From contig CAVYRF010000002.1 in NCBI GenBank assembly GCA_963770895.1, forward strand, positions 3,808,001 through 3,872,000: 64,000 bases of DNA. The letters run 5' to 3'. The translations under genes and the position numbers were made by a program. Each line of letters opens with the position of its first letter. The stretch's first letter is position 1. This document shows, one piece after another, positions 49,477 through 59,500 of the stretch. The notes beneath the pieces were generated by a model. It saw only the letters and a program-made list of their open reading frames with translations, was not told the origin of the DNA and ran no database searches. This DNA comes from an uncultured Acidobacteriota bacterium (GTDB lineage: Bacteria > Acidobacteriota > Thermoanaerobaculia > Multivoradales > UBA5704).

Positions 49477-50755
49477 GGCGTCGTCAATAAACAACCTTTA
49501 CACATGAGGCCGAATAATGTAGTTCCATTCGCCATGGAAGGATTGGGGCAGCAGGTTCACGGTGGCGATCTCCTTGTCAGAGACCTTGCGCCCGACGGGA
49601 TAGGCTCGTCGGTCCAGTCGGCATGTCACCCTAAGCCCCTGAGCGGTGGTGGTCTTGGCGATCAGACGCACGATAGTCTCGTAGTCGCGAAGCGGTTCTC
49701 CTCGCCAGTTGGATGAGATGAAAGAAAACAGGCGGTGCTCTACCTTGTTCCACTTGCTCGTCCCGGGAGGAAAGTGACAAACCATGATGGAGAGCCCTGA
49801 GTCGTCGGCCAGCTCCTGAAGCTCCATTTTCCATTGACGCAGACGATAGCCGTTGCTGCCCCCACCATCAGCGGTGATGAGAAGAGTCCTTGCCTTGGGA
49901 TAGAGCCGCCGCCCTTCGGCGCGCCACCAACCGCGAATCGACGCCACCGCGAAGGCGCCAGTGTCGTGGTCAATGCCTATCGTCACGAAGCCAGTGTTTC
50001 GACCCAGATCGTAGACACCGTACGGGTACGCGCGCGGCACGGAGGGAGCTGGAAAGTCGTGGACATTGACCCGCTGCGGATCCCCTCTCTTTCGCCACTG
50101 CTGGCCCTTGTTCTGGTAGTTGCCGAGGATCTCCTTCTTCTTCGTGTCAACCGAGATGACCGGCCGCTTTGCAGCCAAGGCTTTGCGCACTTGCTCGTTG
50201 ATGTATTGAAACTGAGCATCGCGATCCGGATGGCTGCTCCCCTCGTCTGCCTTCCGGTTGCCTCGAAGGCTGTAGTCCATTTGTCGCAGCAACTGCGCCA
50301 CCTTCTCATGGCTGACCGGATGGTTCTGAGCCGCAAGTTCCGCGGCGAGGACGCGGGTGCTCTTGCTTGTCCAGCGTAGCGGGGACTCTGGGTCGCCGCT
50401 CGTCAGCGGCTCCACGAGAGCCTCCAACCGGCTCAGCAGGTCGGGGTCGAGCATTTCCAGCGATGGTCGCCCACCGCCTTCGCGCCGGACCCGACCCGCA
50501 GGTAGAGGGGCACTCTCGAGTTCCTGTAGACCCTTCGTGATTGTGACGCGAGACAAACCGCATGCCCGACTGACCGTCGACACACCGCCATGCCCCAGTT
50601 GACGAGCCTCGCTCGCCGCAAAGAGTCGTCGTGCACGCTCGTCCAGATGGGGCCAGAGGAGAGCCACCTTTTGCTGAAGCGATCGAAGATCTGTCATCTC
50701 CAAATCGTTGTATCACCATCTCCACGGCATGTCAATGTTATTTATTGACGCTGCC
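49477..50755 (-). mobile_element. ISAzo13-family insertion sequence
   Basis: IRs GGCGTCGTCAATAAACAAC / GTTATTTATTGACGCTGCC (16/19 match); TTA duplication at 49474-76 and 50756-58. Confidence 0.92.
49498..50703 (-). CDS. ISAzo13 DDE transposase
   Basis: GDPESPLRWTSKS, SVDTKKKE, TADGGGSN, PPGTSKWNKVEHRLFS, HGEWNY. Confidence 0.93.
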   Translation of the reverse strand: MEMTDLRSLQQKVALLWPHLDERARRLFAASEARQLGHGGVSTVSRACGLSRVTITKGLQELESAPLPAGRVRREGGGRPSLEMLDPDLLSRLEALVEPLTSGDPESPLRWTSKSTRVLAAELAAQNHPVSHEKVAQLLRQMDYSLRGNRKADEGSSHPDRDAQFQYINEQVRKALAAKRPVISVDTKKKEILGNYQNKGQQWRKRGDPQRVNVHDFPAPSVPRAYPYGVYDLGRNTGFVTIGIDHDTGAFAVASIRGWWRAEGRRLYPKARTLLITADGGGSNGYRLRQWKMELQELADDSGLSIMVCHFPPGTSKWNKVEHRLFSFISSNWRGEPLRDYETIVRLIAKTTTAQGLRVTCRLDRRAYPVGRKVSDKEIATVNLLPQSFHGEWNYIIRPHV

Positions 50756-51207
50756 TTACCTGAAGGGGCGGGCTGCATGATCTGGCTTCGTGAATGGGGG
50801 GTGTGGCCTTCCTCCGAATTTCCGCAGCTCTGGGACGAGATACGTAAGTGCCATGGAGAGCAGCGCTGGATCATCGACGCGCCAGGCCATCTCTTTTCAG
50901 CGACAGAGATGGGACTGGCGAGAGGAATGGCGAGGCTCGTCATTCTTTTTGGTTGGGATGCGCTCATTTTCTCCATACCCTGTTCGTTCGTCGTATCTCT
51001 GTCGCACGACGAGGTTTGCACGATCTTCGACATCGACGTAGCTACTATGGATAAGCTTTCTGAGCGGCTCGGCGCTCCCCTTACATAAAGGTGCAGGTAC
51101 GGCACCAGGCGCGATCAAGGCAGCGGCAAGATGGACGTTGACGATCTGCGCCGCTGGGGGCTGTGGGATGCCAATCACCTGGAGCGTCGAAGAGGGGGCG
51201 GCGGGCG

Positions 51208-51696
51208 GCATGCGTCCTTGCTGCAGGCGCACACTGCGTAGACGAGCCAGGCGTAATCAGGGCGATCGACATCGGGGAGTTAGATATCAAGCAGCGGTTG
51301 GAACTTTCTTGGAAAGGCCATGATTTCCTCCCTCATCAAGGATAGCAGATAGAGATTATTTCTGCAGTTCCGATTCGAGTCGGATCAATCAGACCTGGCG
51401 TCGCTCCGGAGATCGACCCGAAGGGCTTGGATAGTAGGATCGCTGGCACGGTCGGCTGGAATTGCGCAACAACGGCCGCGGGGGCCTTACCTGGAGTGCG
51501 GGCCGGTCCACCACGGCGACGAGTTCGAAATCCAGCTCGTTGATGGCCAATGGCGGGCTGTGGCTTGACGGACTGCCGGCCGAGGTCCTGGGCTGCCGAC
51601 GCTCGCCAGCGGCTACGAGCTGGTGGCCGAGGTGCCCCCTCAAAGCGCTGCTTCGCTGGGCCGGCGCCAGCCGAGCAGCGATGACCGTGCGTCGGC
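51208..51696. repeat. ~490-bp direct repeat, copy 2 (truncated copy of the 47822-48190 gene)
   Basis: Matches 48059-48548; preceded by 36 bp matching RHS-B 45315-45350. Confidence 0.92.
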
Positions 51697-51813
51697 CGCC
51701 ACGGCGGCGCGCACCGCAGCCCTGAGCCGTACCGGAGAGGCCGCAACCGCCCTCTCCCGCTGCGCGGGTGTTGATGAATGGAAGTGTTGTGCGCTACTCG
51801 ACTCATCATCTCG

Positions 51814-52030
51814 TCACTTCACCACCTCGCCGCCAACCAGGTGGCGGCGCAGCTGGCCGATCGCCCGCCAGCGGTCCTTGTGCATGCCGTGCATCGCAGC
51901 CGCGGGGGTGGCTGCGATCAGCTCGCGCTCGTTCAGGCCAATGGTGTAGAAGAGCCGCAGGATGCGCCGCTGCCTGGCGGGTAGCTTTTGGGCCATGCGG
52001 ACCAGATCGAGCCTGCTGTCGTGGTCCAGC
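51814..52030 (-). pseudogene. Sigma-70 region-4-like fragment
   Basis: LDLVRMAQKLPARQRRILRLFYTIGLNEREL..RAIGQLRRHL. Confidence 0.55.
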
Positions 52031-55000
52031 TCCGGGGCGGGGCCGTGGTGGTGGGCGTGGCGTGGCTGGGGTACGTCTTGGTGTGCATGCTGGGACGATG
52101 GAACGGGAGTGCCAGCCTGCTGCGGGGACTGTACGTGGAGCTGCCGCGATGGTTGGTGCGCAGGGCGCCGACGCGCGGCGATCTGGTGATGGCCTGTGCG
52201 CCGCGAGCAGGGGCCGAGTTGGCGCGGCGCTGCGGCTACCTGGAGGCTGGCGATTGCGACGCGGGCAGGGCCGGCGGCGCGGTACCTGTTGGCAAGGTCG
52301 TGCTGGCGGTGGCAGGGGACGTTGTGGAGGAGTCGGCGGACGGTCTGGTGGTGAACGGCCTGGCGGTGCCGGCATCGCGTCCGGCCGGCCGCGATGCGGG
52401 CGGGCGCGAGCTGGTGCCGTGGCGGTTGGGACGGACGCGGCTGGGCGCCGGGGAGGTGTGGTTGTTCGCGCCCTATCATCCGCGCTCGTACGACAGCCGC
52501 TATTTCGGGCCGGTGGCGGTCGCGAACCTCCCGGCGCAGGGCTTCAAGATCCACGTCTCGGCGACCCCGGCCAATGCCGTCGAGCTCCTGCGGCTAATCG
52601 TCCCCGATTGCGTCCTCGAGCAGGTGCAGTTCAAGGCCATCGCCAACTCCGCACTCCTCGGAATCATCACGTCCAAGAACTACGACCGTGGGAGCTCCAG
52701 CAAATTCCTGGTCCTGTACCCGCCGAGCACGGACCTGTTCAAGGCGCTCCTCGCCAGGTTGCACGCCAAGACCCGCCACCTCAGGGGTGCCTACATCCTT
52801 TCGGACCGGAGGTATCAAGACAGCCAGGTCCTCCACTACCGGTACGGTGGCTTCGCGGCCCGCTGGCAGCTGACGCCGGATGGCGGCCGCATGCCGCTCA
52901 TCGAGGCTCCGGACGGCACCCTGATCGCCGATCGCCGTCTGCCGTACTTCCAGCTGCCACCGTGGATCGACAATCCGTTCGGCGGCCTCAAGGACCTCAA
53001 AGCTGACAGCTCCCCGGAGGACGGCGCCCTCAACGGGCGCTATGAGGTGCAGTCGTCGCTCAGCTTCTCGAACTCGGGCGGGGTCTACCTCGCTATCGAC
53101 CGCCAGACCGGCAGGGAGGTGGTGCTCAAGGAGGCCCGACCGCTGACCAACCTCTGGCCGCGGGAGGATGGCGGCTATTTCGACGCTGTGGACAAGCTCC
53201 GCAACGAGTTCACGATCCTCCGCCGGCTCGAGCACCTGCCATTCGTTGTGAAGCCTCTGGAGCTCTTCGAGGAGTGGGAGCACGTATTCCTGGTCGAGGA
53301 GCGGTTCCACGGCATACCCTTGGGGAGCGTCAGGGCGAAAGACGAGTTTCACCTCCTGCCGTTCGTCCGCGACCGCCGGCGCGTGCGCCGCTTCTGCAAG
53401 CGTTTCCATGCCATCGCGCAGCGGTTGTGCGCCCACCTCGATGCCATCCACCGGGAGGGCATCGTGCTGGGCGACCTTTCCCCGAACAATATCCTCGTCA
53501 ACCAGGACACCTTGGACCTCTGCATCATCGATCTCGAGAGCGCCACCGTGCGCTGCGGCGGAGACGAGCTCGGCCGCGCGGCGAGCCTCTGGTCGACCCC
53601 CGGCTTTCGCAAGTACCGCGACGAGAGGAGCCGCACCGGTGTAATAAGCGTCGAGGACGACTACTACGCGCTGGGTATGACCCTGCTCGGCATGCTGATG
53701 CCCGTGACCCCTCTTTTCGATCTCGATCCGGCGGCGGAAGAGCGCCTCATGGAGAAAGCGGCGGCGTGCGTCGACCTCCCGGCGGAGGTGCTCGGGTGCA
53801 TTGCCGCGCTGCGCGACGGAAAGCTGCCCGAAGCCGTCCGGATTCTGGGTGCCTGGGACCCGGAAAGGCTTCTGGCGGGCGCCGCGAGACGCAAGGCAAA
53901 GAAGTGGAGCCTCGACTCCGCCGAGCTCGGCGAGTGGACCCGCCGTCTCGCTGCGTCCATCGTCGAGACCGCGACTCCCGGACGCAGAGACCGCTTGTGG
54001 CCCGGCGATATCAAGCAGTTCCAGACCGACCCGTTGAATATCGCCTGGGGTGCGTGCGGCACTGCGCTCTTTCTGGGCCGGGTGCTGGGGGAGCTACCGC
54101 GGTACGCCGAAGATTGGATCCTGGCGCGGCAGCCGCGCGCCGCGGATACTCCTCCGGGGCTCTATACCGGCTTGGCGGGGATAGCCTACGCGCTCGCCCA
54201 GCTTGGCCATGCGGAGCTGGGGGTACAGGCGATGGACAACTCCCGCGATTCGCCGCTGGTGTTCGCCGAGGCCAACTGGTTCGAGGGCAGCGCGGGATGG
54301 GGATGGGCCAACCTGTTCTTTTTCCGCATCACAGGTGAGCCGCGTTTCCTCGCGCGGGCGGTCGATGCCGGGGAGATGCTCGTGGCGACCGCCGAGATGC
54401 GCAGCGAGCAAGCGTTCTGGCGGCGCCATGGCGACGGCCGGATCCACTTCGGCCTGGCCTACGGTGGTGCGGGGGTGGCGTTGTTTCTGCTCTATCTGCA
54501 CCTGGCCACGCAGCAGATGAAATACATCCGGACCGCCAGACAGGCGCTCAGATTCGAAGCGGCGAACGGTCGCGAGCAGTTCGGCGGACTGGCGTGGCTG
54601 CGCTGGGAGGGAGACAGCCTGATCGTGCCCTATTGGCTCCACGGCAGCGCCGGAATCGCTACCGTCCTCTCACACTTCTACCGGCAGCTGGGAGACGAGG
54701 GCGACCTGCGCCTGGCGCGGCTGGCTGCCGCCGGCGCGTTTGCTCGCTTCACTGCGCAGTGCGACCAGTTCAACGGTCTGAGCGGTATCGGTGAGGCAAT
54801 GATCGACATGTTCCTTGCCACCGGGGAGAAGAGCTATCTCGAAAAGGCGTTCGACCTGGCCGACAGCGTTCTGCGCTACCGAATCGAGCTGCCGGCGATG
54901 CTGGCCTTTCCCGGGAGATACCTTCTGCGCGCGAGTCAAGACTTCGGCACCGGCGGCGCTGGCGTCGGCCTATTTCTCGACCGCCTCGCGCACCCCTCGC

Positions 55001-55092
55001 CACGGCTCTTCCACGACCTGGATGCGGTCTGCATGCCGTGCTCCCGGCCCGAGATGACGGTGGCCGCAACGCATAAAGGAGAAGCACGATGA
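51988..55092 (+). CDS. S26/TraF peptidase fused in frame to a class III lanthipeptide synthetase (LanKC)
   Basis: NGSASL, GKVV, SYDSRYFGP; then QGFKIHVSA lyase, GGVY..VLKEARP..GDLSPNN..IDLE kinase, LanC-like domain lacking Zn ligands (YWLHGSAG). Confidence 0.85.
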   Translation: MGHADQIEPAVVVQLRGGAVVVGVAWLGYVLVCMLGRWNGSASLLRGLYVELPRWLVRRAPTRGDLVMACAPRAGAELARRCGYLEAGDCDAGRAGGAVPVGKVVLAVAGDVVEESADGLVVNGLAVPASRPAGRDAGGRELVPWRLGRTRLGAGEVWLFAPYHPRSYDSRYFGPVAVANLPAQGFKIHVSATPANAVELLRLIVPDCVLEQVQFKAIANSALLGIITSKNYDRGSSSKFLVLYPPSTDLFKALLARLHAKTRHLRGAYILSDRRYQDSQVLHYRYGGFAARWQLTPDGGRMPLIEAPDGTLIADRRLPYFQLPPWIDNPFGGLKDLKADSSPEDGALNGRYEVQSSLSFSNSGGVYLAIDRQTGREVVLKEARPLTNLWPREDGGYFDAVDKLRNEFTILRRLEHLPFVVKPLELFEEWEHVFLVEERFHGIPLGSVRAKDEFHLLPFVRDRRRVRRFCKRFHAIAQRLCAHLDAIHREGIVLGDLSPNNILVNQDTLDLCIIDLESATVRCGGDELGRAASLWSTPGFRKYRDERSRTGVISVEDDYYALGMTLLGMLMPVTPLFDLDPAAEERLMEKAAACVDLPAEVLGCIAALRDGKLPEAVRILGAWDPERLLAGAARRKAKKWSLDSAELGEWTRRLAASIVETATPGRRDRLWPGDIKQFQTDPLNIAWGACGTALFLGRVLGELPRYAEDWILARQPRAADTPPGLYTGLAGIAYALAQLGHAELGVQAMDNSRDSPLVFAEANWFEGSAGWGWANLFFFRITGEPRFLARAVDAGEMLVATAEMRSEQAFWRRHGDGRIHFGLAYGGAGVALFLLYLHLATQQMKYIRTARQALRFEAANGREQFGGLAWLRWEGDSLIVPYWLHGSAGIATVLSHFYRQLGDEGDLRLARLAAAGAFARFTAQCDQFNGLSGIGEAMIDMFLATGEKSYLEKAFDLADSVLRYRIELPAMLAFPGRYLLRASQDFGTGGAGVGLFLDRLAHPSPRLFHDLDAVCMPCSRPEMTVAATHKGEAR

Positions 55093-55982
55093 CCAGGACG
55101 GCGAGGAGCTGCCGGCAACTGCGGATTCTTGATCTCACGGCGGCGGCGGTGATTCCGCTGCTCGCGGCCCTTACGGCTTCTGCGCGTGCTCAAGCGCCCA
55201 ACGACGCCTGGACGCTCGAGAGAACGGCGACCTTCCGTTTGCAGATCGACGGCACGGAGGCGGAGGACGCACGGTTCTACCTCTCGGAGCCCAACGGCTT
55301 CCTGCTGGTGGACAGCAAGGCGTTGCCGGGGCCTTTCCTGCTGCGCTTCAGCCAGGAACGGGTCGCGCTCCTCGCGTCGCGGGTGCCCGCGGAGAGGGAA
55401 GATGGCACCATCGATATTTCCTTCGCCGGCGAGACCGCAGAAGGGAGTTTCGACACCAAGCAGCGGGGCACGCTGAGCTTCGCTTTGGGCGAGCGCAAAA
55501 TGCGCATCGAGCCGAGCCTGCCGGTGGTCGGCGACCTCGATCTCGCCACGCTCAAGATGCGGCTTCCGGTCTATGCCAGGCGCGCGACGCTCTACCACGC
55601 GGATGCCGCGATCCTCGCGGAGCTGCGCACCGTTAAGCGGCCGGTGCGCCTCCAGGTCTACTTCGCCTCCTGGTGCCCTACCTGCGAGCGCTACCTGCCG
55701 AAGCTGTTGCGGGTCAACGAGGATCTACAGGACTCGCCGCTGCAGATCGAGTACCATGGGCTGCGGGATCAACACGACTCAGAGGTCGCCCGCTACAACA
55801 TCGTCCACCTTCCGCTGGGCATCGTCTACCAACAGAAAGGGGATACGGAGCTGGGTCGGATCACCGGGGCGCAGTGGGAGACCCCCGAGCGGGCGCTGCG
55901 CGATCTCCTCGCCAAGAGCGCGAGCCCGCATGCGCCGGCTGGCCGGGCCTCTCGGCCAGGCGTGGACCCGAATCTACGGTAG
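55089..55982 (+). CDS. Exported thioredoxin-family protein
   Basis: Signal peptide (ARA-Q); YFASWCPTC; ATGA overlap with lanKC; AAAGGAG RBS. Confidence 0.85.
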   Translation: MTRTARSCRQLRILDLTAAAVIPLLAALTASARAQAPNDAWTLERTATFRLQIDGTEAEDARFYLSEPNGFLLVDSKALPGPFLLRFSQERVALLASRVPAEREDGTIDISFAGETAEGSFDTKQRGTLSFALGERKMRIEPSLPVVGDLDLATLKMRLPVYARRATLYHADAAILAELRTVKRPVRLQVYFASWCPTCERYLPKLLRVNEDLQDSPLQIEYHGLRDQHDSEVARYNIVHLPLGIVYQQKGDTELGRITGAQWETPERALRDLLAKSASPHAPAGRASRPGVDPNLR

Positions 55983-56009
55983 CGTCCCCGCCACCGTGGC
56001 CAGATGGCG

Positions 56010-56311
56010 ACCTTCCCCGCGGCTGTCAGTTGCGCGAGCAGGTCCCATCGTTTCTGCGTCAGCACCTTGAACAAGAGCGCGGCATGTCGAAGCTGATGAA
56101 GGCCCCTTGGGCCTGCCCTGCCATGGCACGGACGAAACGGCGATCCGTCTTCGCATGTGGTGAGATCTCCAGGGTCACGGTTCGCCTGTCGGGGCCTCCA
56201 GCGCTCCACGTCGCCAGAAGTCAGCGAGGAGCCGTTCGGGCGTGGTAAAGGTGTAGGGCCTCCTGGTCGCCGGCATGGGTCACGTTTCCGAAACAGCGGC
56301 TCGGCCTGCAT
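56010..56311 (-). pseudogene. Decayed DUF6516/HVO_A0114-type (TumE-TumA-like) toxin-antitoxin pair
   Basis: Fragments YTFTTPERLLADFW..VERWR and AFISF / LLFKVLTQKRWDLLAQL. Confidence 0.5.
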
Positions 56312-56588
56312 GTTGGGATGGGGGGACAAATCCGGTGGAATTCATATCCGAAGGGCTGGGTGTCGGCCGAGCGCGCACCGCGGGCTCAGGGTTGTCTCCC
56401 ATCGAGGCAGTGAGAGCACTTGCAATTTGATGAATATCTGATATGCTTGAATTGATATCACTGCTTGGCCATATGCGTATAGGTCGCAGCGGCGATGTGG
56501 CCCTCCGTCAGGATAAGCGGCACATGTGTAAATCGCGATATTATTTCTTGACGCAGATGCTGTCTGTCGCATACGCTGCATTTAATTT

Positions 56589-59500
56589 ATGTGGACGAGA
56601 ACAAGGATTGCCGGCCGCTTTTTATGCGGGCTCTCTGCCGTGGTGGGCGATGTTCACGGGGTTCTGCCACCGTGCCTCAGGCGAGCAGTGCGGCACGCCA
56701 AGCTGAGTCTGATCTTGAGTTTGATGGGTTTCAGCATGGAGGTAGGAACCGCACCCCTGGCCGCACAGACGGTCATTCTCCAGGCAAGCGCAGACACGAC
56801 GCTCAAGGAGAGCAGTCCGAATAAGAACTTCGGTGCCGACCAGACGCTGACTCTCAGGGAGGGCGGCAACCGGGGGCTGGTTCGCTTCGACGCGGCCGCC
56901 CTCAGCGCGGCGGTGGCCGGCGGCAGCCTCGCCTCGGCTCAGCTCCAGGTCTATGTGACTACAAACGCCGGAAATTGGGGTGCCACCGGCCGCACTGTGG
57001 ATGTCTATCAGCAGGCGACGCCCTGGTGGGAGGGCGGAGCGACCTGGAACTGCGCCAACGATCCCAATCCAGGCCATGCGGGCGCCGGCTGTGCCAACGG
57101 GTGGACCGGCGGCGTGCCCGCTCAAGGTGCGAACGGCCCCAACGGCGACGGCGAGGCCACGGATACGGTGGTCGTCACGGACGCCACCACCGGATGGGTG
57201 CAGTTCGATGTCACCGCGGACGTGGCGGCTTTCCTCGCTGGTGCGCCCAACAACGGATGGATGTTGCAGAAGACCGACGAGGGGCAGCCGGGCAGGATCG
57301 ACCTGGCGTCGCGAGAGGGCACGGCGGGCTTCGGGCCGCGGCTGGTCCTGGTGAGCCAGAGCGCCGCCTACGACACCGTGCCTCCGGCTCTCGCCATCGT
57401 CGCTCCCGCGCAGGCGGTCCTGGTCAACGTCCCCTCGCCTGCGATCACTGTGACGTATCAGGATCCAGGTTCCGGCGTGGACACTTCGACCCTGAAGATC
57501 GCGATCGACGGACACGATGTCACCGCAACCTGCGCGATTGCGGCTCAGGCCGCGACCTGCTCATCGCCGGCACTTGCTGCGGGCGTGCACACCCTCACCG
57601 CGAGCGTGAGCGACCGCGCCGGCAACGTGGCGATCGCGACTGACAGCTTCCAGCTGCTGCTGGGACCTGGGATCTCGACGCTGACCTTTCCCGTAGCTGC
57701 CGACACCTTCATCACGGCCAAGGCTCCTGACCGAGAACATGGACGTGCCGCAATCCTGAGGGTCGCCAAGGGCGGACCGAGCCGCGCCCTGGTCGCGTTC
57801 GCCCCGGCGAGCCTCGCCGCGGCGCTGGGTGGCGGCCAGATCCTGGCGGCACAGCTCCAAGTGGGGGTGGCCCAGAACGCTCAAAACTGGGGCTCCACCG
57901 GACGCACCTTGGGTATCTACCGGCTGATCGCTGCGTGGTCGGAGCCGGCGGCGACCTGGGACTGCCCCGCGGACACGAACCTGGACAATGCGGTGCCCGA
58001 CTGTGCGACGCCCTGGAGCGGTGGAACCTTCGCGGCCGCTCCCACCTCGACCGCCCTGATCACGCGGCAGATCAGCGGCAGCGTCACCTTCGATGTCACC
58101 GATGATGTGACAGCGTTTGCCTCAGGCACTGAGAGCGACGGCTGGCTGATCGCGAAGACCGACGAGACGCTCGCGGGGCGGATCGACTTCACCTCGCGCG
58201 AGGCCACCTCCGGCCAAGTGGCACAGCTGACCGTCGAAGTGCAGGTGCCGGCGTCGCTGCCCACCGTCACCCTCACCGCGCCGCCGGACGGCACCTACAC
58301 AAACAACTCGACCCAGGTGGTGAGCGGACAGATCGGCGGATCGGCAGTGGGCGTGACCGTGAACGGTCAGGCTGCAACCGTTGCACTGGGCGGGGCCTTC
58401 ACCACTCAGATCACCCTCAGTCCGAGCATCAATCCGATCGTCGCCGTCGCCACCGATGCCGCCGGCAACCAGGCCTCGGCGGCGGTTACGGTCATTCTGG
58501 ATACCACACCACCGGCGCTGGCCGTGACCTCACCGCAGAACGGCGCGATCAGCAATCAGCCGCGGGTCACGGTGACGGGCACCGCCACCGACGATAACGG
58601 CGCCGTCTCGGTCACCGTCGCCGGCCAGCCGGTGGCGCTTACCGGCAGCTCCTTTTCAACCACCGTCCCGCTGTCCGCCGGCGCCAACGCGATCGCGGTG
58701 GTGGCCACCGATCTCGCCGGCAACACCCGGTCGATCACGGTTACGGTGACGCAGTACAGCGTCCCCGTCGTGTCGATCCAGCAGCCGGTGGATCTGTCCT
58801 ACGTCAACACCACGACGGTGACAGTGAGCGGCACCGCCACCGGTGCCACCAGCGTCAGCGTCAACGGCGTCGCGGCGACGCTCTCGGGCGCCAGCTTCAC
58901 CGCCGCCGGAGTGCCCTTGATCGAGGGCGGCAACACGCTTACCGCTACCGCTACCGACGGGCAGGGGCACGTCGGGACTGCGAGCATCAACGTGGTTCGG
59001 GACCAGACGCCGCCGCACGTGACAATCTATACCCCGGGCGCCGGCGCCACGCTCGCCGCCGCGACCGTCACCGTGTCGGGCTTGGTCAACGACATCGTGG
59101 CCGGAACGGTCAACACCGGCAATGCTACGGTGACCGTCAACGGCATCCCGGCCACCGTCGCCAACCGGTCGTTTCTGGCGCCCAACGTGCCGCTGCAACC
59201 GGGCGGCAACGTCCTGACCGCGGTCGCGGTGGACGCCGCCGGCAACCAGGCAGTCGCCACCGTGACGGTGCGCCAAATGACGCCCGCCGGCCCGCGGATC
59301 GCGGCCATATCCGGCGACACTCAGAGCGCCACCGTCGGAACACCGGTGCCGCTACCGCTGGTGGCCGCCCTGCTCGACACCTCGGGGCAGCCGGTCGTGG
59401 GCAAGCAGGTGCTGTTCCAGGCGATCGGCACCGACGGCACTTTCGACAATGGACGGCGCACCTACGCCGTGCCAAGCGATGTCGCCGGCCACGCCACGGT

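Larger units (their letters stand above)
49300..51088 (+). pseudogene. Immunity-like hypothetical gene (168 aa when reconstructed) interrupted by an IS
   Basis: MHCLTK..IFKLL joins in frame to PEGAGCMIWLREWGVWPSSE..PGHLF..FGWDA across the TTA target site. Confidence 0.8.
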
